This document shows, piece by piece, positions 1-8,725 of a DNA stretch of 64,000 bases (the stretch's first letter is position 1; each line of letters opens with the position of its first letter). Source of the DNA: Bacteroidaceae bacterium (GTDB lineage: Bacteria; Bacteroidota; Bacteroidia; Bacteroidales; Bacteroidaceae). The DNA is taken from NCBI GenBank assembly GCA_017541025.1, contig JAFXZY010000008.1:44535-108534 (forward strand), written 5' to 3'. A model generated the notes under the pieces. It did no database searches, had not been told where the DNA came from, and worked only from the letters and a program-made list of their open reading frames with translations. Both the position numbers and the translations under genes were made by a program.

Positions 1-651
1 GTGGTGGGTCTCGTCGGTCAATGGACAGTGCAGACTCAGCACATCTGCCTCGCGGAACAACTGTTCGTAGCTCTCGGCTTTCTCAATGCCCTTTTCGTTT
101 AATGCTTCCCGGCTTTTACTGCTATACGCCAGCACACGCATCCCAAAGCTCTGGGCTATACGGGCGGTAGCTGTTCCTGTATTGCCCAATCCGACAATGC
201 CAAAGGTCTTCCCGTCCAATTCTATCTGTGGAGTCAGCGTAAAGGAAAAATCCTTGCAAGTCTGCCACTTGCCTTCCGTTACCGCCTGGCTGTGCAACGC
301 TACCTGATTGGTGATGTTCAGCAATTGCGCCATCACCATCTGAGCAACTGACATGGTACTGTAGGCAGGAATATTGGTTACCACAATGCCATGCTTCCTT
401 GCAGCTGGGATATCCACCACATTATAGCCCGTAGCCAAAATACCTATGTAACGAAGTTCCGGCAACTGGTCCATCAGATCGGCAGTAATAAGCACCTTGT
501 TGGTCAGAATCACCTGTGCACCTTGGGCACGTTCCAACACCTCTTCGGGAGACGTCCGTTCGTACACCGTCAACTCTCCCAATTCCCTTAATCCATCCCA
601 TGACAAATCCCCAGGGTTGGCTGCATATCCGTCTAAAACAACGATCTTCAT
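1..651 (-). CDS. D-isomer-specific 2-hydroxyacid dehydrogenase (glycerate/hydroxypyruvate reductase-like); C-terminal part lies beyond the window edge
   Basis: Absent from the ORF track because it is open at the window edge. Reverse-strand translation from the ATG (651-649) reads MKIVVLDGYAANPGDLSWDGL...GKTFGIVGLGNTGTATARIAQSFGMRVLAY...ADVLSLHCPLTDETHH. It has the Rossmann GxGxxG and the usual 2-Hacid_dh layout. Confidence 0.8.
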   Translation of the reverse strand, partial: MKIVVLDGYAANPGDLSWDGLRELGELTVYERTSPEEVLERAQGAQVILTNKVLITADLMDQLPELRYIGILATGYNVVDIPAARKHGIVVTNIPAYSTMSVAQMVMAQLLNITNQVALHSQAVTEGKWQTCKDFSFTLTPQIELDGKTFGIVGLGNTGTATARIAQSFGMRVLAYSSKSREALNEKGIEKAESYEQLFREADVLSLHCPLTDETHH

Positions 652-667
652 ATATGTCAATTGAAAG

Positions 668-793
668 ACCCTCTCTAACTCTCCCCTCAGGGGAGAAAAA
701 GGGTGTTGTCTCTTTCTTATTCCGGAATACTTATATACAACTTTTACCGTCACCCTTCTCCCCTCCATAGGGGGAGGGGTTGGAGGTGGGTCT
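668..793. repeat. GC-rich palindromic element, inverted pair (variant 2): arms 668-705 and 748-793
   Basis: Left arm is CCCTCTCTAACTCTCCCCTCAGGGGAGAAAAAGGGTG. Right arm is CACCCTTCTCCCCTCCATAGGGGGAGGGGTTGGAGGTGGGTC. Each arm is a hairpin and the arms are mutually complementary. It is related to the copy at 58051-58087. Confidence 0.75.
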
Positions 794-1597
794 CTTCAGT
801 TCCCAAAATGCAATGCTCGCTGCTGCTGCTACATTCAGCGAATCAACATTATTATACATAGGAATGCGGACTACGTAGTCGGCAGCATCGATGGTGGCTT
901 GCGGCAAGCCCTCGCCCTCTGTTCCCATGATGATGGCCAAGCGGTCCGTTGACTTCAACTTAGGATCATCGATATCTATATTGTCGTCCCTAAGTGCCAT
1001 CGCCGCTGTCTTGAAACCCAAGTCATTCAATTGCTGCAAGCCTTCTACTCCTGTTGGGATCCACGTCCAGGGAACCAAGAAGACGCTTCCCATGGAAACC
1101 CTGACAGAACGACGGTTCAATGGGTCGCAGGCATCTTCGGTCATTAGCACAGCATCCATGCCCAGCGCAGCCGCTGCACGGAAAATCGCTCCTATGTTGG
1201 TTGTATCACACACACTATGCACCACCACGACCCTACGGGCATCCTTCAGGACCTCTGCAAGCGAACGGGGAGCCGGTCGGTGCATGGCACAGAGTACCCC
1301 ACGCGTCAGCGTATAGCCAGTCAGACTGGCCAACAGTTCACGAGATCCGGTATAAACGGGCACATCCTCGGGCACCATAGCCAGAATCTCTTTGGCATCA
1401 CCCTCTATGTGCTTCTCTTCGCAGAGGAACGACTGCGGCACATATCCCGCCTCCAGCGCCACCTTTATCACCTTTGGACTCTCGGCGATGAATATGCCCT
1501 TTTCCGGCTCCAGTCTGTTACGCAACTGTGCCTCCGTCAGCGTAGCGTATGGCGCCAACTCAGGTGCAGTTATGTCAGTTACATTTATTATGTTCAA
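731..1597 (-). CDS. TrmH/SpoU-family RNA 2'-O-methyltransferase (TTG start; C-terminal tail encoded by the repeat element)
   Basis: SpoU motifs NIGAIFRAAAALG, IIMGTEGEGL and IPMYNNVDSLNVAAAASIAFWE. The start overlaps the GH3 stop (TTGA). The last ~18 aa (NPSPYGGEKGDGKSCI) come from repeat arm 748-793. Confidence 0.8.
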   Translation of the reverse strand: MNIINVTDITAPELAPYATLTEAQLRNRLEPEKGIFIAESPKVIKVALEAGYVPQSFLCEEKHIEGDAKEILAMVPEDVPVYTGSRELLASLTGYTLTRGVLCAMHRPAPRSLAEVLKDARRVVVVHSVCDTTNIGAIFRAAAALGMDAVLMTEDACDPLNRRSVRVSMGSVFLVPWTWIPTGVEGLQQLNDLGFKTAAMALRDDNIDIDDPKLKSTDRLAIIMGTEGEGLPQATIDAADYVVRIPMYNNVDSLNVAAAASIAFWELKRPTSNPSPYGGEKGDGKSCI

Positions 1598-3834
1598 TTC
1601 TCAACTAAGGTGAATTCCAGTTTACAGGGAAGATTATCCGAAGCATCACCAACCAGAGCGATGAACTCACCCGGTTCTGCCTTCCAGTCGTTGCTCTCCT
1701 CATCCCAGAACGAGAGGGCGCGTCTGTCTGTCTTCAGTGTTAAGGTCTTTGTCTCGCCCGGCTTTAAGATTACCTTCTGGAAGGCTTTCAGTTCCTTCAC
1801 AGGACGGTCCACGCTGCACTTCACATCACTGATGTAAAGTTGTACGACGTCAGAGCCCACCCTGTTACCCGTATTGGTGACATCTACCATGAAAGTCATA
1901 ATACCGGCAGCAGTAAACGTATTTACCGCTCTGAGGTTGCTTACCTTGAACGTGGTATAGCTCAAGCCGTGGCCGAAGGCAAAGGTGGGTTTCAGTTTTT
2001 GTTTATCGGTCCAACGATAGCCCACATAGATGCCCTCCTTATATTCCTCATCGATAATCTTTTTCTCGCCGTTACGCCATACGCCAGGGAAGGCTTCCTC
2101 TCCAAAAGAATGGGCACCTACCTGCTTCAGGCTCTCGTACCAGGTAAAGGGTAATTTGCCGCCAGGGTTTGCATCGCCCACCAACACGGCAGCCAATGCC
2201 TTACCTGCCTCGCTACCTAAGAACCATCCCTGCACAATAGCAGGCACCTGTTTCTTCCAAGGCATGCTGACGGCATTACCACTGATGTTTACATAAACGG
2301 TTTTCTTGTTGGCAGCTGCCAGTGCCGTAATCAGATTGTCCTGTCCGTAAGGAAGATCCATGTTCTTGCGGTCGTGACCCTCGCAATCCTGATAGTCGCT
2401 CTTATTCAGACCACCGAATATAATCACGTAATCGGCCTTCTTTGCCTTCTCCACTGCCTCAGCGATAAGCAACTCGGGTGAACGGTCGTCCTTCAGGTTC
2501 TGACCCGTTGTCACACCATTGTAGTTGCCTGACACATCACCCACATAACCACGGGCAAATTCAATCTGGCAGTTGGAATCCTTCAGCCGATCCTGCAAGC
2601 CCTGCAAAGGACTGATTTCGTGCTGTGCCTTCAATGAGCTGGATCCACCGCCAACGGTCATCATCTTGATGGCATTCTCTCCCACTACCAGAATCTTCTT
2701 TCCGACCGGGTCGATGGGTAGCACATTCCCCTCGTTCTGCAGGAGCACGATACCTTCCTGTGCCACCATCTGGGCCACCTGATAGTGCTGCTCACTGCAA
2801 AGGAAACCGTAGGGTTTCTGCTTGTTCATGGTGGTACGGAAGAAAGTACGCAGTACACGGCGAACCTTCTCGTCCAGTTCCTTCTCGGTATATTTACCCT
2901 CCAGGATGGCCTTCTGATAAGGCTTAGAGAGGTAATACATATCATAAGCATTCGTGGCACCCATGGTCAGGCCATCCGTCCAGGTGCCGAATTCCATATC
3001 CAGTCCGTTCTTGACAGCCTGGTCCAAGTCGTGTGCTCCGCCCCAGTCGCTCACCACCACGCCGTCGAAGCCCCATTCCTGTTTCAGAATCTTGTTCAGC
3101 GTGATGCTGTTATGGCAGTTGTGCTCATCCTTATACAGATTATAGGCACCCATGATACCCCAGGCCTTTCCCTCCTTGATAGCCGCCTCGAAACCAGGCA
3201 GGTAAATCTCGCGCAAGGCACGATCGGAAATCTTCACATTCACCTGATGACGGTATTCCTCATCGTTGTTCAGGCAGTAGTGCTTAACACAACTGGCTAC
3301 ACCCACACTCTGCAAACCCTGAACATAAGGCACTACCATTTGCGAGGTAAGATAAGGGTCCTCACCCATGTACTCAAAGTTACGTCCGCCTAAGGGTGTA
3401 CGGTATATATTGATGCCGGGACCCAGAATCATGCTTTTGCCGCGATAAAGTGCCTCCTCGCCCAAAGCATGACCATACAGATAAGAAAAGGCAGGTTGCC
3501 AGGATGCAGCCAGACAGGTTAATGCAGGGAAAGCTACGCAGGAGTCGTTGGTCTGCCCTGCCTGTTCCCATTCGTCCCATAGCACATCGGGACGAACACC
3601 GTGAGGCCCGTCATCCGTCCAGAAATCTGGCATTCCCAGACGTTTTACACCAGCGCTGGAGAATTTGCTCTGCGCATGAATCACACTGATCTTCTCGGCC
3701 AGCGTCATACGTTTCAACGCATCTTCTACGCGTTCCTCGATATCTTTACTCTCGTCTAAATAGATAGGTTTTGAAACTTGCGCATAGGATGTTGCTCCTA
3801 TGACCATTAGGCATAAAAAAAGAAACTTTTTCAT
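1594..3834 (-). CDS. GH3 beta-glucosidase / beta-hexosidase, secreted
   Basis: Signal peptide. GH3 motifs GGRNFEYMGEDP, KHYCLNNDE and VVSDWGG (nucleophile Asp). C-terminal Fn3-like domain. Confidence 0.9.
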   Translation of the reverse strand: MKKFLFLCLMVIGATSYAQVSKPIYLDESKDIEERVEDALKRMTLAEKISVIHAQSKFSSAGVKRLGMPDFWTDDGPHGVRPDVLWDEWEQAGQTNDSCVAFPALTCLAASWQPAFSYLYGHALGEEALYRGKSMILGPGINIYRTPLGGRNFEYMGEDPYLTSQMVVPYVQGLQSVGVASCVKHYCLNNDEEYRHQVNVKISDRALREIYLPGFEAAIKEGKAWGIMGAYNLYKDEHNCHNSITLNKILKQEWGFDGVVVSDWGGAHDLDQAVKNGLDMEFGTWTDGLTMGATNAYDMYYLSKPYQKAILEGKYTEKELDEKVRRVLRTFFRTTMNKQKPYGFLCSEQHYQVAQMVAQEGIVLLQNEGNVLPIDPVGKKILVVGENAIKMMTVGGGSSSLKAQHEISPLQGLQDRLKDSNCQIEFARGYVGDVSGNYNGVTTGQNLKDDRSPELLIAEAVEKAKKADYVIIFGGLNKSDYQDCEGHDRKNMDLPYGQDNLITALAAANKKTVYVNISGNAVSMPWKKQVPAIVQGWFLGSEAGKALAAVLVGDANPGGKLPFTWYESLKQVGAHSFGEEAFPGVWRNGEKKIIDEEYKEGIYVGYRWTDKQKLKPTFAFGHGLSYTTFKVSNLRAVNTFTAAGIMTFMVDVTNTGNRVGSDVVQLYISDVKCSVDRPVKELKAFQKVILKPGETKTLTLKTDRRALSFWDEESNDWKAEPGEFIALVGDASDNLPCKLEFTLVEN

Positions 3835-3857
3835 TTGGTTACATTTTTATTTTTGGG

Positions 3858-3865
3858 CAAAGTTA
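3858..3865 (-). promoter_or_regulatory. Bacteroidetes -7 box (TAACTTTG on minus strand) for the GH3 gene
   Basis: Matches TAnnTTTG, 24 nt upstream of the ATG at 3834. Confidence 0.45.
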
Positions 3866-3969
3866 TAATACTTTCACATAATCCACAAAAATCCCAAGCT
3901 TTTTCTTTGCTTGCAAGAATCTTACCGAAATATCTCGCCGTATGATTTGGCAAAGTAAATAAAAATAGC

Positions 3970-3977
3970 TACATTTG
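3970..3977 (+). promoter_or_regulatory. Bacteroidetes -7 box (TACATTTG) for parC
   Basis: Matches TAnnTTTG, 22 nt upstream of the ATG at 3999. Confidence 0.45.
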
Positions 3978-3998
3978 TCGGCAAAATAAAAGATCCTG

Positions 3999-6695
3999 AT
4001 GACAGAGCATGAAAATATGATGGATGGGATTACCCATCATCTTAATAAAATGTACCAGAGCTGGTTCCTGGATTACGCCTCGTATGTAATTCTGGAACGA
4101 GCCGTTCCCCATATCGGTGACGGTTTTAAACCCGTACAACGACGTATCTTGCACTCCATGAAGCGCATGGATGACGGCCGTTACAACAAAGTAGCCAACA
4201 TAGTAGGTCATACCATGCAATTCCATCCCCACGGTGATGCCAGCATCAAGGACGCGCTGGTGCAGCTGGGACAGAAAGACCTGCTGATTGACTGTCAGGG
4301 AAACTGGGGTAACATCATCACGGGCGACGATGCTGCAGCGGGCCGTTATATCGAGGCACGTCTGAGCAAGTTTGCCCTGGATGTGGTCTTCAACCCCAAG
4401 ACTACGGAGTGGAAACTCTCTTACGATGGGCGCAACAAGGAGCCTATCGCCCTGCCCGTTAAATTTCCCTTGCTGTTGGCGCAGGGAGCCGAGGGTATTG
4501 CCGTTGGCCTGAACTGTAAGATTCTGCCCCACAACCTGAACGAGATTTGCGATGCAGCCATCCAGTACCTGCATGGCGAGGAGTTTCACCTCTATCCCGA
4601 CTTCCCCACAGGCGGCAGCATAGACGTCTCCCGCTACAACGACGGACAGCGAGGCGGCGTGGTACGTGTCCGTGCCAAGATAGAGAAGCGCGACAACAAG
4701 ACATTGGCTATCACAGAGATTCCCTACGGCAAGACCACGGGAACGGCCAGTAAGCCCAGCACCTTTATAGAGAGCATTCTGAAGGCCAATGAGAAGGGCA
4801 AGATCAAGATAAGAAATGTAGAAGACCTGACAGCCGACAAGGCAGAAATCCTTATCCATCTGACTCCTGGAGCCAGCAGCGACAAGACCATAGATGCCCT
4901 GTATGCCTGTACCGACTGTGAGATCAGCATCTCGCCTAACTGCTGTGTCATCGACGAGAAGAAACCTTGTTTCCTTTCTATCAGCGATGTGCTGCGTAGG
5001 AATGTAGATACTACCCTGAATCTGCTGAAGCAAGAACGACTCATCCGCAGGGGCGAACTGATGGAGGCCCTTCATTTTGCCACTTTGGAACAAATCTTCA
5101 TCGAAGAGCGCATCTACAAGGACAAGCAATTTGAGAATGCCAAGACGATGGATGCTGCCTGCGAGTGGATTGACGAACGTCTGACTCCCTGGTACCCGAA
5201 GATGGTACGCGAGGTGACAAAGGACGATATCCTCCGTTTGATGGACATCAAGATGGCCCGCATCCTGAAATTCAACAAGGATAAAGCCGAAGAGAACATT
5301 GCCCGCATCAAGGACGAGGTGAAACAGATAGACAAGGAACTGGCCAATATGGTGGAGGTAACCTGCGACTGGTTCCGCTTCATACAAGAGAAATACGGTA
5401 AGGACCATCCACGTCTGACGGAGATCCGCAACTTTGATAATATCAGCGCCGCCAAGGTAGTGGAGGCCAATGAAAAGCTGTTCATCAACCGCGAGGAAGG
5501 CTTCATAGGAACGTCTCTCAAGAAAGATGAGTTTGTTTGCAACTGCTCGGACATTGATGACGTGATTGTCTTCTACAAAGACGGAACCTATAAGGTAGTG
5601 CGCATTGCGGAAAAACTCTTTGTGGGCGAAACAGAACGTAGCAAGGCCGAGAAAAAGAAGGCTGAGGTTATACATCTGGCCATCTTCCGCAAGAGCGACT
5701 CGCGTACTATTTATAATGTAGTCTATCGCGACGGCAAGAATGGTATCTGCTACATCAAGCGCTTTAATGTGACCAGCGTGACACGCGACCGTGAGTACGA
5801 CCTGACCCAGGGCAAGCCCGGCAGCAAGGTACTGTACTTTACAGCTAACCCGAACGGTGAGGCTGAGGTGATTAAGGTCATCCTGAAACCCAATCCCAAA
5901 CTGAAGCGTGTGTTCTTTGACAAGGACTTCTCGGAACTGGCCATTAAGGGTCGTCAGAGTATGGGTAACATGCTGACCAAGTTGGATGTGAGCCGTATCA
6001 CCCTGAAAAGTCATGGCGTGAGCACGTTGGGCGGTCGGAAAGTCTGGTACGACCCTGATGTGAAACGTCTGAACTACGACGAGCAGGGCAACTACTTAGG
6101 CGAATTCAACAGCGATGACCAGATTCTGGTAATTCTGAAGAACGGTGATTTCTATCTGACCAACTTCGACCTTAACAACCACTTCGAGGATAACCTCCTG
6201 CGCATTGAAAAGTACAATGCCAACAAGGTGTGGACCGTCGCCCTCTTCGATCAAGACCAGAGCGGCTTCCTCTATGTGAAACGCTTCGGTATGGAGGCTA
6301 CTACACGTCATCAGAACTTCCTGGGCGAGAATCCTGACAACCAGATGCTCATCCTTACAGATGTGCCCTTCCCCCGTCTGCTGGTAACGATGGGAGGCAA
6401 TGACAGTTTCCGTGAACCCATAGAAGTGGATGCCGAGGAGTTTATTTCTGTCAAGAGCTTTAAGGCACGCGGTAAGCGTGTGACAACCAATAATGTGGCC
6501 AAGGTAGAAGAGCTGGAACCCACAAAGACCCTCCCCCCAGCCCTCCCCCGTGAAGAAGAGGGAGAGCCCGAGGAGAATGAATCTGAAGACCTGCAGTCTC
6601 TTGAAGAGCAGGATTCTGAGGACATCTTCGAGGGTAAGAGTCAGCAGGATGTGGCTGACGAGATGAACGGACAATTACATTTATTTGATGAATAA
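3999..6695 (+). CDS. parC: DNA topoisomerase IV subunit A (type IIA topoisomerase A subunit)
   Basis: N-terminus SWFLDYASYVILERAVPHIGDGFKPVQRRILHSM, active-site region AAGRYIEARL, beta-pinwheel C-terminal domain and an acidic tail. At 898 aa it has the size of the Bacteroidetes ParC type. Confidence 0.85.
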   Translation: MTEHENMMDGITHHLNKMYQSWFLDYASYVILERAVPHIGDGFKPVQRRILHSMKRMDDGRYNKVANIVGHTMQFHPHGDASIKDALVQLGQKDLLIDCQGNWGNIITGDDAAAGRYIEARLSKFALDVVFNPKTTEWKLSYDGRNKEPIALPVKFPLLLAQGAEGIAVGLNCKILPHNLNEICDAAIQYLHGEEFHLYPDFPTGGSIDVSRYNDGQRGGVVRVRAKIEKRDNKTLAITEIPYGKTTGTASKPSTFIESILKANEKGKIKIRNVEDLTADKAEILIHLTPGASSDKTIDALYACTDCEISISPNCCVIDEKKPCFLSISDVLRRNVDTTLNLLKQERLIRRGELMEALHFATLEQIFIEERIYKDKQFENAKTMDAACEWIDERLTPWYPKMVREVTKDDILRLMDIKMARILKFNKDKAEENIARIKDEVKQIDKELANMVEVTCDWFRFIQEKYGKDHPRLTEIRNFDNISAAKVVEANEKLFINREEGFIGTSLKKDEFVCNCSDIDDVIVFYKDGTYKVVRIAEKLFVGETERSKAEKKKAEVIHLAIFRKSDSRTIYNVVYRDGKNGICYIKRFNVTSVTRDREYDLTQGKPGSKVLYFTANPNGEAEVIKVILKPNPKLKRVFFDKDFSELAIKGRQSMGNMLTKLDVSRITLKSHGVSTLGGRKVWYDPDVKRLNYDEQGNYLGEFNSDDQILVILKNGDFYLTNFDLNNHFEDNLLRIEKYNANKVWTVALFDQDQSGFLYVKRFGMEATTRHQNFLGENPDNQMLILTDVPFPRLLVTMGGNDSFREPIEVDAEEFISVKSFKARGKRVTTNNVAKVEELEPTKTLPPALPREEEGEPEENESEDLQSLEEQDSEDIFEGKSQQDVADEMNGQLHLFDE

Positions 6696-7539
6696 ACGGA
6701 TTGTTCTTTTTCTGAATCTGTGTCTCCTTGCCATGGTGGCTGTGGCACAAGATAATACCTCTTTGGTTAACGGTAAGGAGAAGAAGGACATGCCTGCTTC
6801 TGTTTCGAGACCCTTGCAGGTATTCACTCTGTTTGGCGGGGGATTCAGCAATCAACTGGATACGTACCTCTCGCCAATGGAGTATACGGGCTATCAGCTC
6901 AGTTTCCTTACAGGGAGGGAGCGCATGACACACTGGGCAGACGGCCATATCTCCTTCCAAAGTCTGCTGCAAGGAGCTTTTTCCCATACCAAGAATCCAG
7001 CCCGTACAGCTACTGCATGGGGTGGCCGCCTGGCTTACGATGCCGGCTGGCATTATCATTGGAATCTTACCGACAAGTTTTCATTGAAGGCAGGTGGTCT
7101 GGTGGGTGCCGATCTGGGATTCCTCTATATATCCCGCAACTCCAACAACCCTGCACAGGGACGCCTCGGCATTGATATCTCTGCTTCAGCTGGCGGCAGC
7201 TACAGATTTAAAATCCGCAAACTTCCTGTTCAGGTAAAGTATCAGGCAGATTTGCCTTTGATGGGTTGTATGTTCAGCCCCCAGTTCGGGCAAAGCTATT
7301 ACGATATTTCCCAGGGAAGCCGCAATCACAACGTGTGTTTCTCGCATCCGGGTAATGCTCTCTGTTTCAGGCAGCTGTTGACTTTCGACCTAGAGTTCAA
7401 CCGCGCTTCCCTGCGATTCGGATATATGGGAGATATACGTCAGAGTCATGTCAACAGCATCCGCATGCATGATCTCAACCATTCATTTATGATCGGTTAC
7501 GTCAGGTACTTAAAGGTTATTAAGCGAAATGAAAGATAA
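6688..7539 (+). CDS. Putative outer-membrane beta-barrel protein (DUF3316-like, from memory)
   Basis: Signal peptide MNKRIVLFLNLCLLAMVAVAQD, alternating beta-strand pattern, aromatic C-terminal region. The ATG at 6688 overlaps the parC stop (the track start at 6685 is TTG). Confidence 0.5.
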   Translation: MNKRIVLFLNLCLLAMVAVAQDNTSLVNGKEKKDMPASVSRPLQVFTLFGGGFSNQLDTYLSPMEYTGYQLSFLTGRERMTHWADGHISFQSLLQGAFSHTKNPARTATAWGGRLAYDAGWHYHWNLTDKFSLKAGGLVGADLGFLYISRNSNNPAQGRLGIDISASAGGSYRFKIRKLPVQVKYQADLPLMGCMFSPQFGQSYYDISQGSRNHNVCFSHPGNALCFRQLLTFDLEFNRASLRFGYMGDIRQSHVNSIRMHDLNHSFMIGYVRYLKVIKRNER

Positions 7540-8545
7540 ACTGTTGTTGCTGCTTGTCCTTGTGACAGGGCTATGCTCCTGCCAGAAAGGAGAATCGGAT
7601 TATGATGATTCTCCTCAGGCTAACTTGGATGCCTTGTGGACCATCATTGACCAGCGTTACTGCTTTCTGGAGTATAAAGAAAAGGAGTTGGGCTTCTCAT
7701 GGGCCGATATTCATGCCAAGTACAGTGCCCGCCTGAATCCCAAGATGTCGCGCACACAGCTATTCGAAGTGCTATGCCATATGTTGGGCGAACTGAAGGA
7801 CGGACATGTAAATATTTCCACCAGTCTGGATCTGGGAAGAAACTGGTCTTGGAAGGATGACTATCCTCAGAATTTGGATGAAAGCCTTCGCGACGAGTAT
7901 CTGCAAACCGATTACAACTTAGCCTCCGGTCTAAAGTATCGTATTCTGCCCGACAATATAGCCTACGTAGTATATGAGAGTTTCCAGGATGCCATAGGCG
8001 AAGGCAATCTGGATGATATGTTCCTTTCCTTGCGGATGTGCAACGGAATGATTCTGGATATCAGAAGCAACGGTGGAGGAAACCTGGATAATGTTGAGAA
8101 GTTGGCCAGTCATTTTACTAACGAGAAGGTGCTGGTAGGCTATCGCTCACACAAAACCGGAACAGGGCATAATGATTTCTCGCCTCTGGAGGCTGAATAT
8201 ATCTCGCCCAATAAAGGGGTTCGCTGGCAGAAACCCTGCGTAGTACTTACCAACCGCTCCTGCTATAGTGCTGCCAACACCTTTGTCCGTGACATGAAAG
8301 AAATGCCTGTGGTTACCATCATGGGCGATTACACAGGTGGTGGTTCAGGCCTTCCCTTTAGCAGCGAGATTCCTATAGGATGGAGTGTTCGCTTTAGCGC
8401 CAGTCCCAGCTACGACGCACAGAAACAGCAGATAGAGTTCGGTATAGCTCCGGACATACCCTGCTCGTTAGATACAGAGAAAGCTAAACAAGGAATTGAC
8501 TCCATGATTGAGGAAGCACGAGCCTTTATGGGAATTAAGAATTAA
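7529..8545 (+). CDS. S41-family (tail-specific / C-terminal processing) peptidase lipoprotein
   Basis: Lipobox LVTGLCSC. S41 core ILDIRSNGGGN and TNRSCYSAANTFVRDMK (Ser/Lys dyad context). Confidence 0.75.
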   Translation: MKDKLLLLLVLVTGLCSCQKGESDYDDSPQANLDALWTIIDQRYCFLEYKEKELGFSWADIHAKYSARLNPKMSRTQLFEVLCHMLGELKDGHVNISTSLDLGRNWSWKDDYPQNLDESLRDEYLQTDYNLASGLKYRILPDNIAYVVYESFQDAIGEGNLDDMFLSLRMCNGMILDIRSNGGGNLDNVEKLASHFTNEKVLVGYRSHKTGTGHNDFSPLEAEYISPNKGVRWQKPCVVLTNRSCYSAANTFVRDMKEMPVVTIMGDYTGGGSGLPFSSEIPIGWSVRFSASPSYDAQKQQIEFGIAPDIPCSLDTEKAKQGIDSMIEEARAFMGIKN

Positions 8546-8696
8546 GAGTGAATAATGAAGAATTATTTAACGATAACGTTAACGATAACGATAACTAGAT
8601 CTGGGATTATAAGACTTATGAGGCCCATAGGGCTTATGGGATGAGCCAATAGCCAACAGCTAATGTCTATAACCTATAACCCATAACCTATAACCC
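8532..8696. repeat. AT-rich tandem word module (GAATTAAG, ATAACG, CTTATGRG, AGCCAAYAG, ATAACC words)
   Basis: Read directly: 8532-8565, 8568-8595, 8605-8645, 8644-8664 and 8667-8696. It shares words with 11337-11635, 34167-34236 and 58086-58146. Confidence 0.8.
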
Positions 8697-8725
8697 TTTA
8701 AAAAAAGAGAAATTATTAACCATAT

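Noticed and set aside
3969-6014. A 681-aa ORF antisense to parC, the longest of several very long antisense ORFs. Others are 59322-60461, 58184-59098, 21518-22405, 22586-23305, 52544-53368 and 33162-33869.
   Set aside because: The two I checked (3969-6014 against parC and 59322-60461 against the sulfhydrylase gene) are in exact codon register with the sense gene, for example codon 6012-6014 against the parC frame from 3999. Antisense stops would therefore require the sense codons TTA, CTA or TCA, which these GC3-rich, well-adapted genes avoid. The translations are low-complexity with no motifs. The sense genes have unambiguous family signatures.
8532-8696. Whether the tandem word modules (here and at 11337, 34167, 35946, 53420 and 58086) could be a CRISPR array or a degenerate one.
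   Set aside because: The units are 6-15 nt and directly abutting, with no 25-40 nt unique spacers. No cas genes are present in the window.
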